In this document: piece after piece, positions 48,001 to 58,193 of the stretch | Layout: every line of letters begins with the position of its first letter | Numbering within the stretch: the first letter of the stretch is position 1 | Virus record (IMG/VR): IMGVR_UViG_3300047407_000118 | Span: 1-64,000 of that record | From: an uncultured virus (IMG/VR IMGVR_UViG_3300047407_000118) | Taxonomy: Duplodnaviria; Heunggongvirae; Uroviricota; Caudoviricetes | Direction: 5' to 3' (one strand) | Length of the DNA stretch: 64,000 bases | Notes under the pieces: model-generated | What the model was told of the DNA's origin: nothing | Seen by the model: only the letters and a program-made list of their open reading frames with translations | The model's database searches: none | Made by a program: the position numbers and the translations under genes

Positions 48001-48457
48001 TGAGAGCAGATAATACGTTACCGGTCAAACTCAAACCAGCAGCATTGACGTTGCCAGCCGTGACGTTGCCTGTGGCTGACATAAGACCCACAGTTGTAAC
48101 GTTACCTGCGATTACGTTGCCCGACGAAGAAACTGTGACACCTTGCACCAGGGTAGTAGCGATTATGTTGCCACCCGTGACATTACCAGTGGCCGATATG
48201 AGACCCGCGGTGGTCACATTACCACCTATGACGTTGCTGGTAGCTGATACAACGCCTGCTGTGTTGATGTTGCTGCCTGTGACGTTGCCTACCGCGCTTA
48301 TGGTATTAGCAAAGTTGGCATTTTGGGTATTGGTCAGCGTGAGGGCCGTGGTACCACCAGTGCCAGTATCATTGGTTTTGATTACCAAATTGCCCGTGGT
48401 ATCGCCCAATTGTATAAATGAAGTAGTTGACAGTGTGCCTACGCTGATATTGCTCAT
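45038..48457 (-). CDS. tail fibre-like protein with ConA/LamG domain and C-terminal autocleavage chaperone-like domain
   Basis: GNITGGN repeats; GDFTIEFW, WTHVAV, GYVTNLR; TSAQYADLAE..GVVST..GKALE. Confidence 0.75.
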   Translation of the reverse strand: MSNISVGTLSTTSFIQLGDTTGNLVIKTNDTGTGGTTALTLTNTQNANFANTISAVGNVTGSNINTAGVVSATSNVIGGNVTTAGLISATGNVTGGNIIATTLVQGVTVSSSGNVIAGNVTTVGLMSATGNVTAGNVNAAGLSLTGNVLSALNVTSNVTGGNVISVAAISGASISVSGATTGAGAVTYSTTTGAINIGTSQTTGTLTLGGTAQTGLLLIGQSTGAQTCNIATGATATATTKAINIGVGGLAGSTTTIAIGPVTATTAAATVTFNTATTVAIANTGGSALSAAGNITGGNIIATTDISAGGNVGFTTTTGTINIGTSQTTGTFTVGGTSGTGLILIGQSTANQTGNLFSGVTASARFKNINIGTAGAANSLTTMSLGPVTGNATFAINDGTTTILANTGQAALSIAGNVLAGNILVGSGIGGSLYFSGGDYATVAAGTTALAFGTGDFTIEFWVYVLTAGVVYDQRTSTADVSPVVNGQTGSWTFQFGATTAITGGAVTTNAWTHVAVSRQSGSTKLWINGAQSGSTYTDSNSYTCPSGRPALGAYGDTFGGKLVGYVTNLRAVKGTAVYTAAFTPSTAPLTAIANTQLLLSAATSVNYIKDSSTNNFVTTPTTNLYWNPMTPFTTTAAASYGVITAGTVSAVANVIGGNVTTAGLISATGNITGGNVLFGSGIVSGTGNITGGNVLFGSGIVSGTGNITGGNVLGGANVNATTHTGTTVSVTANITGGNVLFGSGIVSGTGNITGGNLNAAGLSLTGNVVSALNITGNVTGGNVISVAAISGASISVSGAVTAAGAVTFSATNLSINIGTSQTTGSITLGGTSQTGFITIGQSTASQTANISTGATGTGNTKTINVGVGGLAGSTTTIAIGPVTATTAAGTVTFNTATTVAIANTGGSALSVAGNITGGNVLGGANVNATTHTGTTVSVTGNITGGNVISAALNGTGNVTITSTAANAWVFLTPTGTGTIQVNTDITNGQANGVGNIGNATGYFNTVFAKATSAQYADLAEIYAADQEYLPGTVLSFGGNKEVTMSDVYSDNRVAGVVSTNPSYVMNSVMSDPYATAVALTGRVPTSVTGQVRKGDMMISHGDGTATACSQPAMGTVIGKALEDFAGTSGMIEIVVGRL

Positions 48458-48499
48458 CTGTGTGCCTTTATATTACTTATCTGGGTCGCGATCATATGG

Positions 48500-49264
48500 T
48501 TAGGCCCAAGTTCCCACGCTGATATTTGCCCCAGCAGCCCCCAGCGGCGTGAGACAAAACCACGATCCTTTTAGCACCGAGGATGTTACCCCAGGGGCCA
48601 CAGAGTACTGCATCTGGGGTATGAAAGTGCCGCCGGCGTTGATACTCACTGTACCATGTATGGTCATCGAACTAGCTTCACTGGATCCCGATCCCGCTGC
48701 TGCGGTCATACTGGCAGTGTTTATTATGGTTTGTACCGGACTAATATCTACTAGATTGATTGTGCTAGCCGACGTGTTGATCAAATAGGGAAAATCATAT
48801 AAAATGTAGTTTATCGTGGCAGTACCACCAAAACCCAAATTGATAGCCATGGAGGCTATGCCGGCTGTTGCCAAAATGACCAGCTGCGCCTGTATCTCAT
48901 ATACGGTATTTGCGCTCAACGTAATTCCAGCATTGAAGATGCTTTGTATAGACGTATCATTGGACAGAGCTCGATTGGAGTTCAAATAATACACCAAATT
49001 ACTGGGCATGATGCCCCGTTGTGTACCTTGTGGTGTCACATAAGGTATCCGGCCGTCATATTCCCAACTGCCCGCAGCGGCAGTGGTAAGATTGCTGCCG
49101 GAACTGAAAGTCAACGGAGCTTGGCTATTGGTACCGGCTGCCAACACAGTATTGGCAATCAATGTGCCGCTGACCGATGGCAATGTGATGTTACCGCTGC
49201 CTGAAGCTGCTGGCGTTATGGTAATAGATCCACTGGTGTCACCGGAAAGAATTATATTGCTCAT
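48500..49264 (-). CDS. fibre-associated paralog C
   Basis: APLTFSSGSNLTTAAAGSWEYDG, GGTFIPQ, ISVGTWA. Confidence 0.7.
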   Translation of the reverse strand: MSNIILSGDTSGSITITPAASGSGNITLPSVSGTLIANTVLAAGTNSQAPLTFSSGSNLTTAAAGSWEYDGRIPYVTPQGTQRGIMPSNLVYYLNSNRALSNDTSIQSIFNAGITLSANTVYEIQAQLVILATAGIASMAINLGFGGTATINYILYDFPYLINTSASTINLVDISPVQTIINTASMTAAAGSGSSEASSMTIHGTVSINAGGTFIPQMQYSVAPGVTSSVLKGSWFCLTPLGAAGANISVGTWA

Positions 49265-50019
49265 ACCCAAGGTCCCACACTGACATTGCCTGTGGTTCCC
49301 ACTGGTGTGAATTTGATAAAAGAACCGATATTCACAGTATAGGTGCCGCCTGGCGCGCGATTGGCATTGTAATTGGGGATAAAAGTACCACCGGCATTGG
49401 TAGTCACTGATCCGCGTAGCATTACAGGAGCATTGACCGAGGTGGTTATGGCTGTGGTCACATTGGCAGTCGTGGATACATTAGCACTGGCCTGTGTCAG
49501 GTTACCATTATCAAATGCCGCACCAGAGGCGCTGTACATGACACCGGCCTGATAAATGATATTATTCAATGTGGCTGTACCAGTAAAAGAAAACTGTATG
49601 ACATGTGATGTAGTACCACCCGCTCTGCTCAAATAAATCAATGCATCCATCATGTAACTGGTATTGGCACTCAGCGTGACTCCCACACCAAATATAGATC
49701 TTACCGTGGCGTCATTGCCTCCAGCGATGCCACTATTGAGCCAATATAGTTGGGCAGTGGGCAATACTCCGCGTTCACTGGCCTGCCCGGTATTATAAAA
49801 CACTGTACCGTCATACTCCAGGCTGCCGGCTGTGGCAGTGGTTAGATTGGATCCGCTGGTAAATTTTAGAGGTGCTGTGGTGGTGTTGCCTGCTGTGAGC
49901 GAGGTAGTCAAGATATTGGCAGTACCTGTGGGCAACGTGAGTATCGCTGTGCCAGCTATGGCTTGTGGACTCAGCACAACATTACCGCCAACACTGTCTG
50001 ATATGGTCAGTTTACTCAT
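49261..50019 (-). CDS. fibre-associated paralog B
   Basis: [37 protein letters not shown]. Confidence 0.7.
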   Translation of the reverse strand: MSKLTISDSVGGNVVLSPQAIAGTAILTLPTGTANILTTSLTAGNTTTAPLKFTSGSNLTTATAGSLEYDGTVFYNTGQASERGVLPTAQLYWLNSGIAGGNDATVRSIFGVGVTLSANTSYMMDALIYLSRAGGTTSHVIQFSFTGTATLNNIIYQAGVMYSASGAAFDNGNLTQASANVSTTANVTTAITTSVNAPVMLRGSVTTNAGGTFIPNYNANRAPGGTYTVNIGSFIKFTPVGTTGNVSVGPWV

Positions 50020-50768
50020 GCCCAAGACCCAATTGAGATGTTGGAACCACTGGCCCCTATGGGATATATGCTGAAGAAACTACCCGCTTGCAAAGTATAA
50101 AATGCTGTGGGCGTATTTTGTGATTGTTGTGGTATAAACGTACCCCCGGCGTTGACACTCACTGTCCCACGCAACCACAACGTCACAGTTTGGAAATTAG
50201 CTGATGCCATCAGAGCAGTCATGGCCGTGGTCGTTGAAAAAGCTGCGCTGGATGAACTATCAACCAAAGGTATAGTTGAGGATGAATGTATACATTCAGC
50301 ACAGTATAAAATATTATTCACCGTGGCTGTACCACCAAACCCAAAACTCACAATGTTGGCTGCACTGGCAGATCGAGAAAATACCATCTCGGCTTCCATG
50401 ACATACACCGTGCCCGACGACAGTGTCACACCTACACCAAACACGCTATTGGTACCGGACCCTACAGGATATGACCGGTTTGAATTGATACAAAAATACT
50501 GCATGCCCGGGATGATCCCCCTAAGAGCTCCGCTGGGAGTACCATAAAAACCTTGACCATCGTATTCAATAGATCCAGCAGTGGCCGTGGTCAAGAGGTT
50601 ACCTGAAGCAAAACTAAGTGGGGCGGCAGAGACATTGCCGGGATTGAGTACATTGCTGAGCAATGTGACATTGCCACTGGGCAATGTCAGTGTACCGGCT
50701 CCGGCCGCAGCTGGTGCTTGCAATGTGACCGATCCACTGGTATCTCCGGCTATGGTTACTGCGCTCAC
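50016..50768 (-). CDS. fibre-associated paralog A
   Basis: [40 protein letters not shown] start overlapping the upstream TGA. Confidence 0.7.
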   Translation of the reverse strand: MSAVTIAGDTSGSVTLQAPAAAGAGTLTLPSGNVTLLSNVLNPGNVSAAPLSFASGNLLTTATAGSIEYDGQGFYGTPSGALRGIIPGMQYFCINSNRSYPVGSGTNSVFGVGVTLSSGTVYVMEAEMVFSRSASAANIVSFGFGGTATVNNILYCAECIHSSSTIPLVDSSSSAAFSTTTAMTALMASANFQTVTLWLRGTVSVNAGGTFIPQQSQNTPTAFYTLQAGSFFSIYPIGASGSNISIGSWA

Positions 50769-53700
50769 AGAATCACCCATCTCTGTCCAGATGCCACAGT
50801 GACACTGACGTTGTTGGCTGTGGTAATAGGTCCGATACTAAGAGCGTTATAACCCGATCCCACAGTATAGTTGGCTGTGATAGTGTTCGCTGTGAGTAGT
50901 AGTCCATTGGTTGCCAAGAACACCGAACTAGAAAATGTTCCCAATGAAGTCAAGTTGCCGCCGGTAATATTGCCTGTCACGCTGAGCGCATTACTGGTGG
51001 CGTTATAAACAAATCCTGCTGTTGAAACGTTGGCCAACTGGTCAACTCCAGCTGCTCCTACCATAACCGGATAAAGATTAGCGGTAGTGGTATTATTGGT
51101 AGCGTTGATTGTATTGGCCGATCCACCGCCCCCACCGCTAGGACCTTGGGCTCCTTGCGTACCCAAAGTACCTTGTGTGCCTGTGGCACCTTGCGTACCC
51201 GCCCCTGTAGCACCTTGCGTACCTGTACCTGTGGCACCTTGCGTACCTGTACCTGTGGCACCTTGTGCACCAGTGGCGCCCTGTGTACCTGCCCCTGTAG
51301 CACCTTGTGCTCCGGTCACGCCCTGAGCGCCTGTAGCGCCTTGCGCGCCAGTTGATCCTTGTGCGCCAGTTGTGCCTTGAGTTCCCGTGGTTCCTTGCGC
51401 ACCTGTTACACCTTGAGCCCCGGTAGCGCCCTGCGCACCATCTGTGCCCTGTGCACCTATTGTGCCCTGTGCACCTGTTGTGCCCTGTGCACCTGTGGTT
51501 CCTTGAGCTCCGGTTGTGCCTTGTGTGCCATTTGTTCCACTAGTACCCTGTGCACCTGTGGTGCCTTGAGCACCTGTTGTACCTTGTGTGCCATCCGTGC
51601 CTTGTGTACCTGTTGTGCCTTGCGCACCTGTTGTGCCCTGTGCACCTGTGGTGCCTTGAGCACCCGTGATGCCTTGTGTACCTGTGGTACCTGTTGTGCC
51701 TTGTGCGCCCGTAGCACCCTGTGCACCTGTGGTGCCTTGAGCACCTGTGGTGCCTTGTGTACCTGTGGTACCCGTGGTGCCTTGTGCGCCCGTAGCACCC
51801 TGTGCACCTGTTGTGCCTTGAGCACCAGTTGTGCCTTGAGCACCTGTTGTGCCTTGTGTACCTGTGGTGCCCGTTGTGCCTTGTGCACCCGTAGCGCCCT
51901 GTGCACCTGTGGTGCCTTGAGCACCTGTGGTGCCTTGAGCACCCGTGATGCCTTGTGTACCTGTGGTACCTCTTGTGCCTTGCGCTCCAATCGTGCCTTG
52001 TACTCCCTGTGCACCTGTAGTGCCTTGTGCACCCGTGATGCCTTGCGCTCCAATCGTGCCTTGTACTCCCTGTGCACCTGTAGTGCCTTGTGCACCCGTG
52101 GTGCCTTGTGCACCTGTGGTGCCCTGTGTACCTGTTGTGCCTTGAGTGCCCGTGATGCCTTGCACGCCTTGTGCGCCTGTGGCACCTTGCGTACCGGCTG
52201 TGCCTTGAGCCCCGCTGACCAAGGCCACAAACAGAGTACTGTTATCAGCAAAATTGCTTGATCCGGTACCGCCTGATCCCAACAACATAACCGGATAGGT
52301 CCAGTAGTTGTTGGTAACAGTACTGGGTGTGCCATTTATCTGCCAGCGTTGATAATTGGCACTGTTGGCTCGATCCTGTATGGTTATTACTTCGGTATTC
52401 TGGATCAGAGCCAAGAATATGTCAATGTCCTGACCATCATCTGTGAGGTGATCAATATTGATAGATGTGGCACTGGTCTGGGCCAAGTTATTCCAGATTA
52501 CCTTGCCATCACCTGGATCACCACTGGTACTACCAGTATTGGCTCGATAATTGAATAGGTTGCTACTGCTACCTTGATTACCTTGCGTACCCTGTGTGCC
52601 TGTAGCACCCTGTGTGCCTTGAATGCCTTGAGTACCCGTGATGCCTTGCACGCCTTGTGCACCTGTGGTGCCTTGGGCACCTGTGATGCCTTGAGTGCCT
52701 TGTATACCCGTGGTTCCTTGTACACCTTGTGTGCCTGTAGTGCCTTGTGCACCCGTGGTGCCTTGTGCACCTGTTGTGCCCTGAGCACCTGTTGTGCCTT
52801 GTGTACCTAGAGTGCCTTGAGCACCTTGGGTGCCTTGTGCGCCTGTGGCGCCTTGTGCGCCTGTGGTACCTGTTGTGCCCTGAGTACCTGTGGTGCCTTG
52901 TGTGCCATTTGTTCCTGCAGTACCCTGTGTACCATCTGTGCCCTGTGCACCTGTTGTGCCCTGAGCACCTGTTGTGCCTTGTGTACCTGTTGTGCCTTGT
53001 GTACCTGTGGTGCCTTGTGTACCTGTGGTACCTGTTGTGCCTTGGGCTCCGGTTGTGCCTTGTGTGCCTGTGGTACCTTGTGTACCTGCGGTACCTTGTG
53101 AGCCAGTGGTACCTTGATTGCCCGCAGTGCCTTGCGTACCAGTTTGTCCTTGGATGCCCGTGGTGCCTTGAGCACCTGTGGTACCCTGTGCACCTGTTAC
53201 CCCTTGAACGCCTTGTGTACCTGTAGTGCCTTGTGCACCCGTGGCGCCTTGAGCTCCGGTTATACCTTGTGTGCCATCCGTGCCTTGTGTACCTGTGGCA
53301 CCTTGAGTACCTGTGATGCCTTGAGTACCTACAGTGCCTTGCACGCCTTGCAAGCCCACAGTGCCTTGTGCACCCTGTACACCCTGTGTGCCGAGAATGC
53401 CTTGGAGACCCTGTGTACCTAGAGTACCTTGTACACCCTGAGTACCTACAGTTCCTTGCACACCTTGTGTGCCTTGAACACCCTGTGTGCCCGTAGTACC
53501 TTGTGAGCCAGTTGCGCCTTGAGCACCCACGGTGCCTTGGCTACCAATCACGCCCTGCGCACCTGTGACGCCTTGAGCACCTGTGGTACCTTGTGCGCCT
53601 GTGGTACCTTGAGTGCCTTGACTACCTGTGGTGCCTTGTGTGCCGTCTGTGCCCTGACTACCGGTAGTGCCCTGTGTACCCGTTGTGCCTTGAGCACCTG

Positions 53701-56700
53701 TGACGCCTTGAGCACCTGTGACGCCTTGATTACCAATTATGCCCTGGAGACCTTGTGTGCCTGTAGTGCCCTGACTACCAGTAGTGCCCTGGATTCCCGT
53801 AGTACCTTGCGCACCTGTGACGCCTTGAGTGCCCGTGACACCTTGAGATCCCAAGATACCCTGGATGCCTTGCGCACCTGTTGCACCTTGCGCACCCGTG
53901 ACACCATTGACCAAGGCCACAAATAGATTAGTTTCGTCTGCAAAATTGCTTGATCCGGTACCGCCTGATCCCAACAACATAACCGGATAGGTCCAGTAGT
54001 TGTTGGGTACCGAAGTGGGTGTACCATTTACCTGCCAGCGTTGATAATTGGCACTGTTGGCTCGATCCTGTATGGTTATTACTTCGGTATTCTGGATCAA
54101 TGCCAAGAATATGTCAATGTCCTGACCACCGTCGGTTAGATGACTGATATTGATTGATGTGGCGTTGACTTGGGTGGCGTTGTTCCACAACAGATGACCG
54201 CTACCAGGATCACCACTGATTATGTTGGTATCTGACTTGTAATTGAATAGATTACTGCTAGAGCCAGTATTACCTTGGCTGCCTGTAGTGCCTTGTGTGC
54301 CAGTTGTGCCTTGTGTGCCCGTGGTACCTGTGACGCCTTGAGCGCCTGTTGAGCCTTGGGCACCTGCAATACCCTGTGCGCCCGTGGTACCTTGGCTTCC
54401 AGCTACCCCTTGTGTTCCTGTGGTGCCTTGAGCACCTGTGACGCCTTGCCCGCCCGTGACACCTTGTGTGCCCTGTGTGCCTGTGACGCCTTGAGCGCCT
54501 GTGGTGCCTTGTGTGCCCGTAGCGCCTTGTGAGCCTGTTGTGCCCTGTGTGCCTGTGACGCCTTGCGCTCCTGTGGTGCCTTGACCGCCAGTTGATCCTT
54601 GTGTGCCCGTAGTGCCCTGACTACCCGTAGTACCCTGAGCACCCGTAGTGCCTTGTGTACCCGTAGTGCCCTGTACGCCCGTAGTGCCTTGTGCACCTGT
54701 TGAGCCTTGGGTACCCTCAACTCCTTGGATACCTTGAATACCTTCTACACCTTGAGCACCTGTGACACCTTGGGTTCCAGTAACCCCTTGAACCCCCGTG
54801 GTGCCTTGTGCACCTTGTGCACCTGTAATGCCCTGAGTACCTACAGTACCTTGGGCACCTGTTGAACCTTGGGTACCCGTGGCTCCTTGCACTCCCTGTG
54901 TGCCCGTAGTACCTTGTGCACCCGTGGTGCCTTGGCCTCCTGTCGCCCCTTGTGTGCCTTGTGTGCCTGTGGTACCTTGTACACCCTGTGTACCAGTTTG
55001 CCCTTGGACTCCTTGTGCTCCAGTAGTACCTTGCGAGCCTGTCACTCCTTGCGTACCCTGTGTACCTGTGACGCCTTGTGCGCCATCTGTGCCCTGTGCA
55101 CCTGTGGTGCCTTGACCTCCGGTAGCACCTTGTGTACCCTGTGTACCTGTGGTGCCTTGTGTGCCCGTGATGCCTTGGCCGCCTGTGGCACCTTGACTAC
55201 CTGTGGTGCCTTGTGTGCCTTGACTACCAGTAGATCCCTGCGCACCTGTGGTGCCCTGTGCGCCATCCACACCTTGTACACCTTGTGTACCAGTGGTACC
55301 TTGTACACCTTGGCCGCCTGTAACACCTTGTGTGCCTTGTGTACCTGTTGTGCCTTGAGCACCCGTAACGCCTTGGGTGCCTTGCGTACCGGTTTGTCCT
55401 TGAGTTCCTGTGGTGCCTTGTGCACCAGTGACGCCTTGAGTTCCTCCTACTCCCTGTACACCTTGGCTGCCTACAATACCTTGGGTGCCTGTGGTTCCTT
55501 GTGCACCTGTAGTGCCCTGCGTACCTGTGGCGCCTTGTGTGCCTGTGGTACCTTGTGTACCCGTAACGCCCTGTGCGCCATCTGTACCCTGAGCGCCTGT
55601 GATGCCTTGTGTGCCAGTTGTGCCCTGAGTGCCTGTGGTGCCCTGTGAGCCAGTTGTACCTTGTGTGCCAGTTGTACCTTGTGTGCCAGTTGTACCTTGG
55701 GAGCCAGTTGTACCTTGGGAGCCGGTTGTACCTTGTGCGCCTGCGGGTCCGGGCGTACCACCAAGATTTACCTCCCAAGATGTGTAACTACCGGTTCCCG
55801 TTGCTGTGGTAATATTGGCCACCATGGCGCCGGTACCACTGTCATAACTGGTAACAGTACCATCCATGTAGTTGTTGGCATCGTAACTGATGATAATGTT
55901 CTGAGATGGGATATAGGCCAGGCTGGTTCCCACCGTGAGAGATTTAGATCCTGTGCCAATGGATAGATTGGTTGAGCTAGTGGTTTGATAGGCATCGCCT
56001 GTGATGCCTTGTGATCCAATCGTGCCTTGTACACCCTGCGTACCTTGCGAGCCATTTGTTCCCTGTGTACCTGTAGTGCCTTGACTACCTACAGTACCTT
56101 GCGAACCAGTAGTGCCTTGGATACCTGTGATACCTTGGCCGCCTGTAACTCCCTGTGTACCCTGTGTGCCTTGCGTACCTGTGACACCTTGACCGCCCAC
56201 AGCACCTTGACTGCCTACCGCGCCCTGTACGCCCTGACCTCCCACTGCACCCTGTACACCTTGAGTGCCCGTGATACCTTGAGTGCCCGTAGTGCCTTGT
56301 GCACCAGTAGATCCTTGAGCGCCAAGAACTCCCTGTGTGCCTTGTGTGCCAGTATTGCCTTGTGTGCCCGTAGTTCCTTGAGCACCTGTGGTGCCCTGTG
56401 TACCCGTAGAGCCTTGAGCTCCTTGACTACCTGTGGTTCCTTGCGAGCCCGCAGTACCCTGTGTGCCTGTTATGCCTTGTGAGCCAGTAGTGCCTTGTAC
56501 ACCTGTCGCGCCTTGCGAGCCCGTAGTGCCTTGTGTGCCAGTTGTACCCTGTGATCCAATCGTGCCTTGTGTGCCTTGACTACCTGTGGTGCCTTGCGAG
56601 CCCGCAGTACCCTGTGTGCCTGTGGTGCCTTGAGCACCTGTGGTGCCTTGGCCGCCCGTGACACCTTGTGTGCCTTGAGTGCCCGTAACGCCCTGTGTGC

Positions 56701-58141
56701 CAGTTGTACCTTGTGCTCCAGTTTGTCCTTGACTACCGGTCACTCCCTGCGTACCCTGTGTGCCTGTGACGCCTTGCACTCCTGTAGTGCCTTGTGTGCC
56801 TGCGGTGCCCTGCGTACCTGTGGTGCCTTGTGATCCAACCGTACCTTGTGATCCGGTAGTGCCTTGTGTGCCCGTAGTGCCTTGTGCACCAACGGTGCCT
56901 TGCGATCCTAGGGTGCCTTGAACACCTTGACTGCCTACGATACCTTGTGCACCAGTCTGACCTTGCGTACCTGTGGTGCCTTGAGTACCCGTGATGCCTT
57001 GTGTACCCGTGGTGCCTTGTGTTCCCTGTGTGCCTGTAGTGCCTTGCGCACCCGTGATGCCTTGAGCGCCTGTGGCTCCTTGCACACCTTGAATTCCAGT
57101 AGTACCTTGGCTGCCCACGCTACCTTGTACGCCTACCAGGCCTTGTGTGCCTACCACGCCTTGGAGACCTGTGGTTCCTTGCAAACCCTCAGTACCCTGT
57201 GTGCCCGTAGTGCCCTGAGTGCCCGTGGTACCCTGTGTGCCTGTGGTACCTTGCGCACCTGTGGTGCCTTGAGTGCCCGTGGTACCCTGTGTGCCTGTGG
57301 TACCTTGTGCGCCATCTGTTCCCTGTGTGCCTACCACGCCCTGGATGCCTTGTGCACCCACGGTGCCTTGACTTCCGGCTACGCCCTGACTGCCTGTGGT
57401 ACCTTGGGTGCCACTCACTATGGACTGGCCGTTGGCTAGATAGAATGCATCGCCTACGATATTGCCGGCGGTTGTCAGTCCCTCGGCAGAAAACGTGGTC
57501 TGGCTACCAGTAGGATCACTGAGGATAAGGCTGTCGGCATTGGCCGAGATCTCAGCTGAACCCAGATATATGGTGCTGTTGGATAGATAGAGGTCGCGCC
57601 AACGAGCTGTGTCACTGCCTAGATCATAGGTGATGTTGGCTGCGGGTTCTAGATTGGCTGCGAATGTCACCTGGTTGCTGGCAAAAACAACCACATTACC
57701 GGTGCCGTTGATGCCCACTGTGATATTGCTGTCAGCTGCTAACACGCTCACGTTGGAAGTACCATTGGCGATGGCAGTACCATTGCCTGCACCGCCGCCG
57801 GAGATACCGGTTAGAAATCTACCATTGCCATAATAGTAGCGGCTGTAGGTGCTGTCAAAGTAGCGATTGGCCGATCCTAGGTCATAAACGGAATCTATAT
57901 TGGGCACCACGGTACTGGCCATGGTCACATTGCCTATCCCGTTGCCGGCTAAGACCAGATCTAGATTGGTTTCATTGGTACTGACACGATTGTTGGAGAT
58001 CTGGACTTGGCTGTTGACCGGTCCCGCTGTCCATATATTGGCAAAATTGTTATTGACCGCTTGAAAAGCGTCGCGCAGACTTTCACCCGTGCCGTCATTT
58101 ACCGCACCGATGTCTATTAGCTGTTGTGGTGTATCGCTCAT
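50765..58141 (-). CDS. giant collagen-like fibre protein
   Basis: 2458 aa; [12 protein letters not shown] anchor-like N-terminus; long G-X-Y (GxQGTT) tracts interrupted by three globular domains. Confidence 0.85.
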   Translation of the reverse strand: MSDTPQQLIDIGAVNDGTGESLRDAFQAVNNNFANIWTAGPVNSQVQISNNRVSTNETNLDLVLAGNGIGNVTMASTVVPNIDSVYDLGSANRYFDSTYSRYYYGNGRFLTGISGGGAGNGTAIANGTSNVSVLAADSNITVGINGTGNVVVFASNQVTFAANLEPAANITYDLGSDTARWRDLYLSNSTIYLGSAEISANADSLILSDPTGSQTTFSAEGLTTAGNIVGDAFYLANGQSIVSGTQGTTGSQGVAGSQGTVGAQGIQGVVGTQGTDGAQGTTGTQGTTGTQGTTGAQGTTGTQGTTGTQGTTGTQGTEGLQGTTGLQGVVGTQGLVGVQGSVGSQGTTGIQGVQGATGAQGITGAQGTTGTQGTQGTTGTQGITGTQGTTGTQGQTGAQGIVGSQGVQGTLGSQGTVGAQGTTGTQGTTGSQGTVGSQGTTGTQGTAGTQGTTGVQGVTGTQGTQGVTGSQGQTGAQGTTGTQGVTGTQGTQGVTGGQGTTGAQGTTGTQGTAGSQGTTGSQGTQGTIGSQGTTGTQGTTGSQGATGVQGTTGSQGITGTQGTAGSQGTTGSQGAQGSTGTQGTTGAQGTTGTQGNTGTQGTQGVLGAQGSTGAQGTTGTQGITGTQGVQGAVGGQGVQGAVGSQGAVGGQGVTGTQGTQGTQGVTGGQGITGIQGTTGSQGTVGSQGTTGTQGTNGSQGTQGVQGTIGSQGITGDAYQTTSSTNLSIGTGSKSLTVGTSLAYIPSQNIIISYDANNYMDGTVTSYDSGTGAMVANITTATGTGSYTSWEVNLGGTPGPAGAQGTTGSQGTTGSQGTTGTQGTTGTQGTTGSQGTTGTQGTTGTQGITGAQGTDGAQGVTGTQGTTGTQGATGTQGTTGAQGTTGTQGIVGSQGVQGVGGTQGVTGAQGTTGTQGQTGTQGTQGVTGAQGTTGTQGTQGVTGGQGVQGTTGTQGVQGVDGAQGTTGAQGSTGSQGTQGTTGSQGATGGQGITGTQGTTGTQGTQGATGGQGTTGAQGTDGAQGVTGTQGTQGVTGSQGTTGAQGVQGQTGTQGVQGTTGTQGTQGATGGQGTTGAQGTTGTQGVQGATGTQGSTGAQGTVGTQGITGAQGAQGTTGVQGVTGTQGVTGAQGVEGIQGIQGVEGTQGSTGAQGTTGVQGTTGTQGTTGAQGTTGSQGTTGTQGSTGGQGTTGAQGVTGTQGTTGSQGATGTQGTTGAQGVTGTQGTQGVTGGQGVTGAQGTTGTQGVAGSQGTTGAQGIAGAQGSTGAQGVTGTTGTQGTTGTQGTTGSQGNTGSSSNLFNYKSDTNIISGDPGSGHLLWNNATQVNATSINISHLTDGGQDIDIFLALIQNTEVITIQDRANSANYQRWQVNGTPTSVPNNYWTYPVMLLGSGGTGSSNFADETNLFVALVNGVTGAQGATGAQGIQGILGSQGVTGTQGVTGAQGTTGIQGTTGSQGTTGTQGLQGIIGNQGVTGAQGVTGAQGTTGTQGTTGSQGTDGTQGTTGSQGTQGTTGAQGTTGAQGVTGAQGVIGSQGTVGAQGATGSQGTTGTQGVQGTQGVQGTVGTQGVQGTLGTQGLQGILGTQGVQGAQGTVGLQGVQGTVGTQGITGTQGATGTQGTDGTQGITGAQGATGAQGTTGTQGVQGVTGAQGTTGAQGTTGIQGQTGTQGTAGNQGTTGSQGTAGTQGTTGTQGTTGAQGTTGTTGTQGTTGTQGTTGTQGTTGAQGTTGAQGTDGTQGTAGTNGTQGTTGTQGTTGTTGAQGATGAQGTQGAQGTLGTQGTTGAQGTTGAQGTTGAQGTTGTQGVQGTTGIQGTQGITGAQGTTGAQGVQGITGTQGIQGTQGATGTQGTQGNQGSSSNLFNYRANTGSTSGDPGDGKVIWNNLAQTSATSINIDHLTDDGQDIDIFLALIQNTEVITIQDRANSANYQRWQINGTPSTVTNNYWTYPVMLLGSGGTGSSNFADNSTLFVALVSGAQGTAGTQGATGAQGVQGITGTQGTTGTQGTTGAQGTTGAQGTTGAQGVQGTIGAQGITGAQGTTGAQGVQGTIGAQGTRGTTGTQGITGAQGTTGAQGTTGAQGATGAQGTTGTTGTQGTTGAQGTTGAQGTTGAQGATGAQGTTGTTGTQGTTGAQGTTGAQGATGAQGTTGTTGTQGITGAQGTTGAQGTTGAQGTTGTQGTDGTQGTTGAQGTTGAQGTSGTNGTQGTTGAQGTTGAQGTTGAQGTIGAQGTDGAQGATGAQGVTGAQGTTGTQGTTGAQGSTGAQGATGAQGVTGAQGATGAGTQGATGAQGATGTGTQGATGTGTQGATGAGTQGATGTQGTLGTQGAQGPSGGGGGSANTINATNNTTTANLYPVMVGAAGVDQLANVSTAGFVYNATSNALSVTGNITGGNLTSLGTFSSSVFLATNGLLLTANTITANYTVGSGYNALSIGPITTANNVSVTVASGQRWVIL

Positions 58142-58146
58142 TTAGT

Positions 58147-58180
58147 GGGATCCTATAGGATATTTACCAATTTAGATCCC
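58147..58180 (-). promoter_or_regulatory. RBS-sequestering hairpin with late promoter in loop
   Basis: GGGATCT...TAAATA...AGGATCCC, 5 nt before ATG. Confidence 0.55.
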
Positions 58181-58193
58181 AAACTATTTTGCG

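Noticed and set aside
52215..54265. Diversity-generating retroelement template/variable pair
   Set aside because: Differences inspected are not adenine-specific and no reverse transcriptase is in the window.
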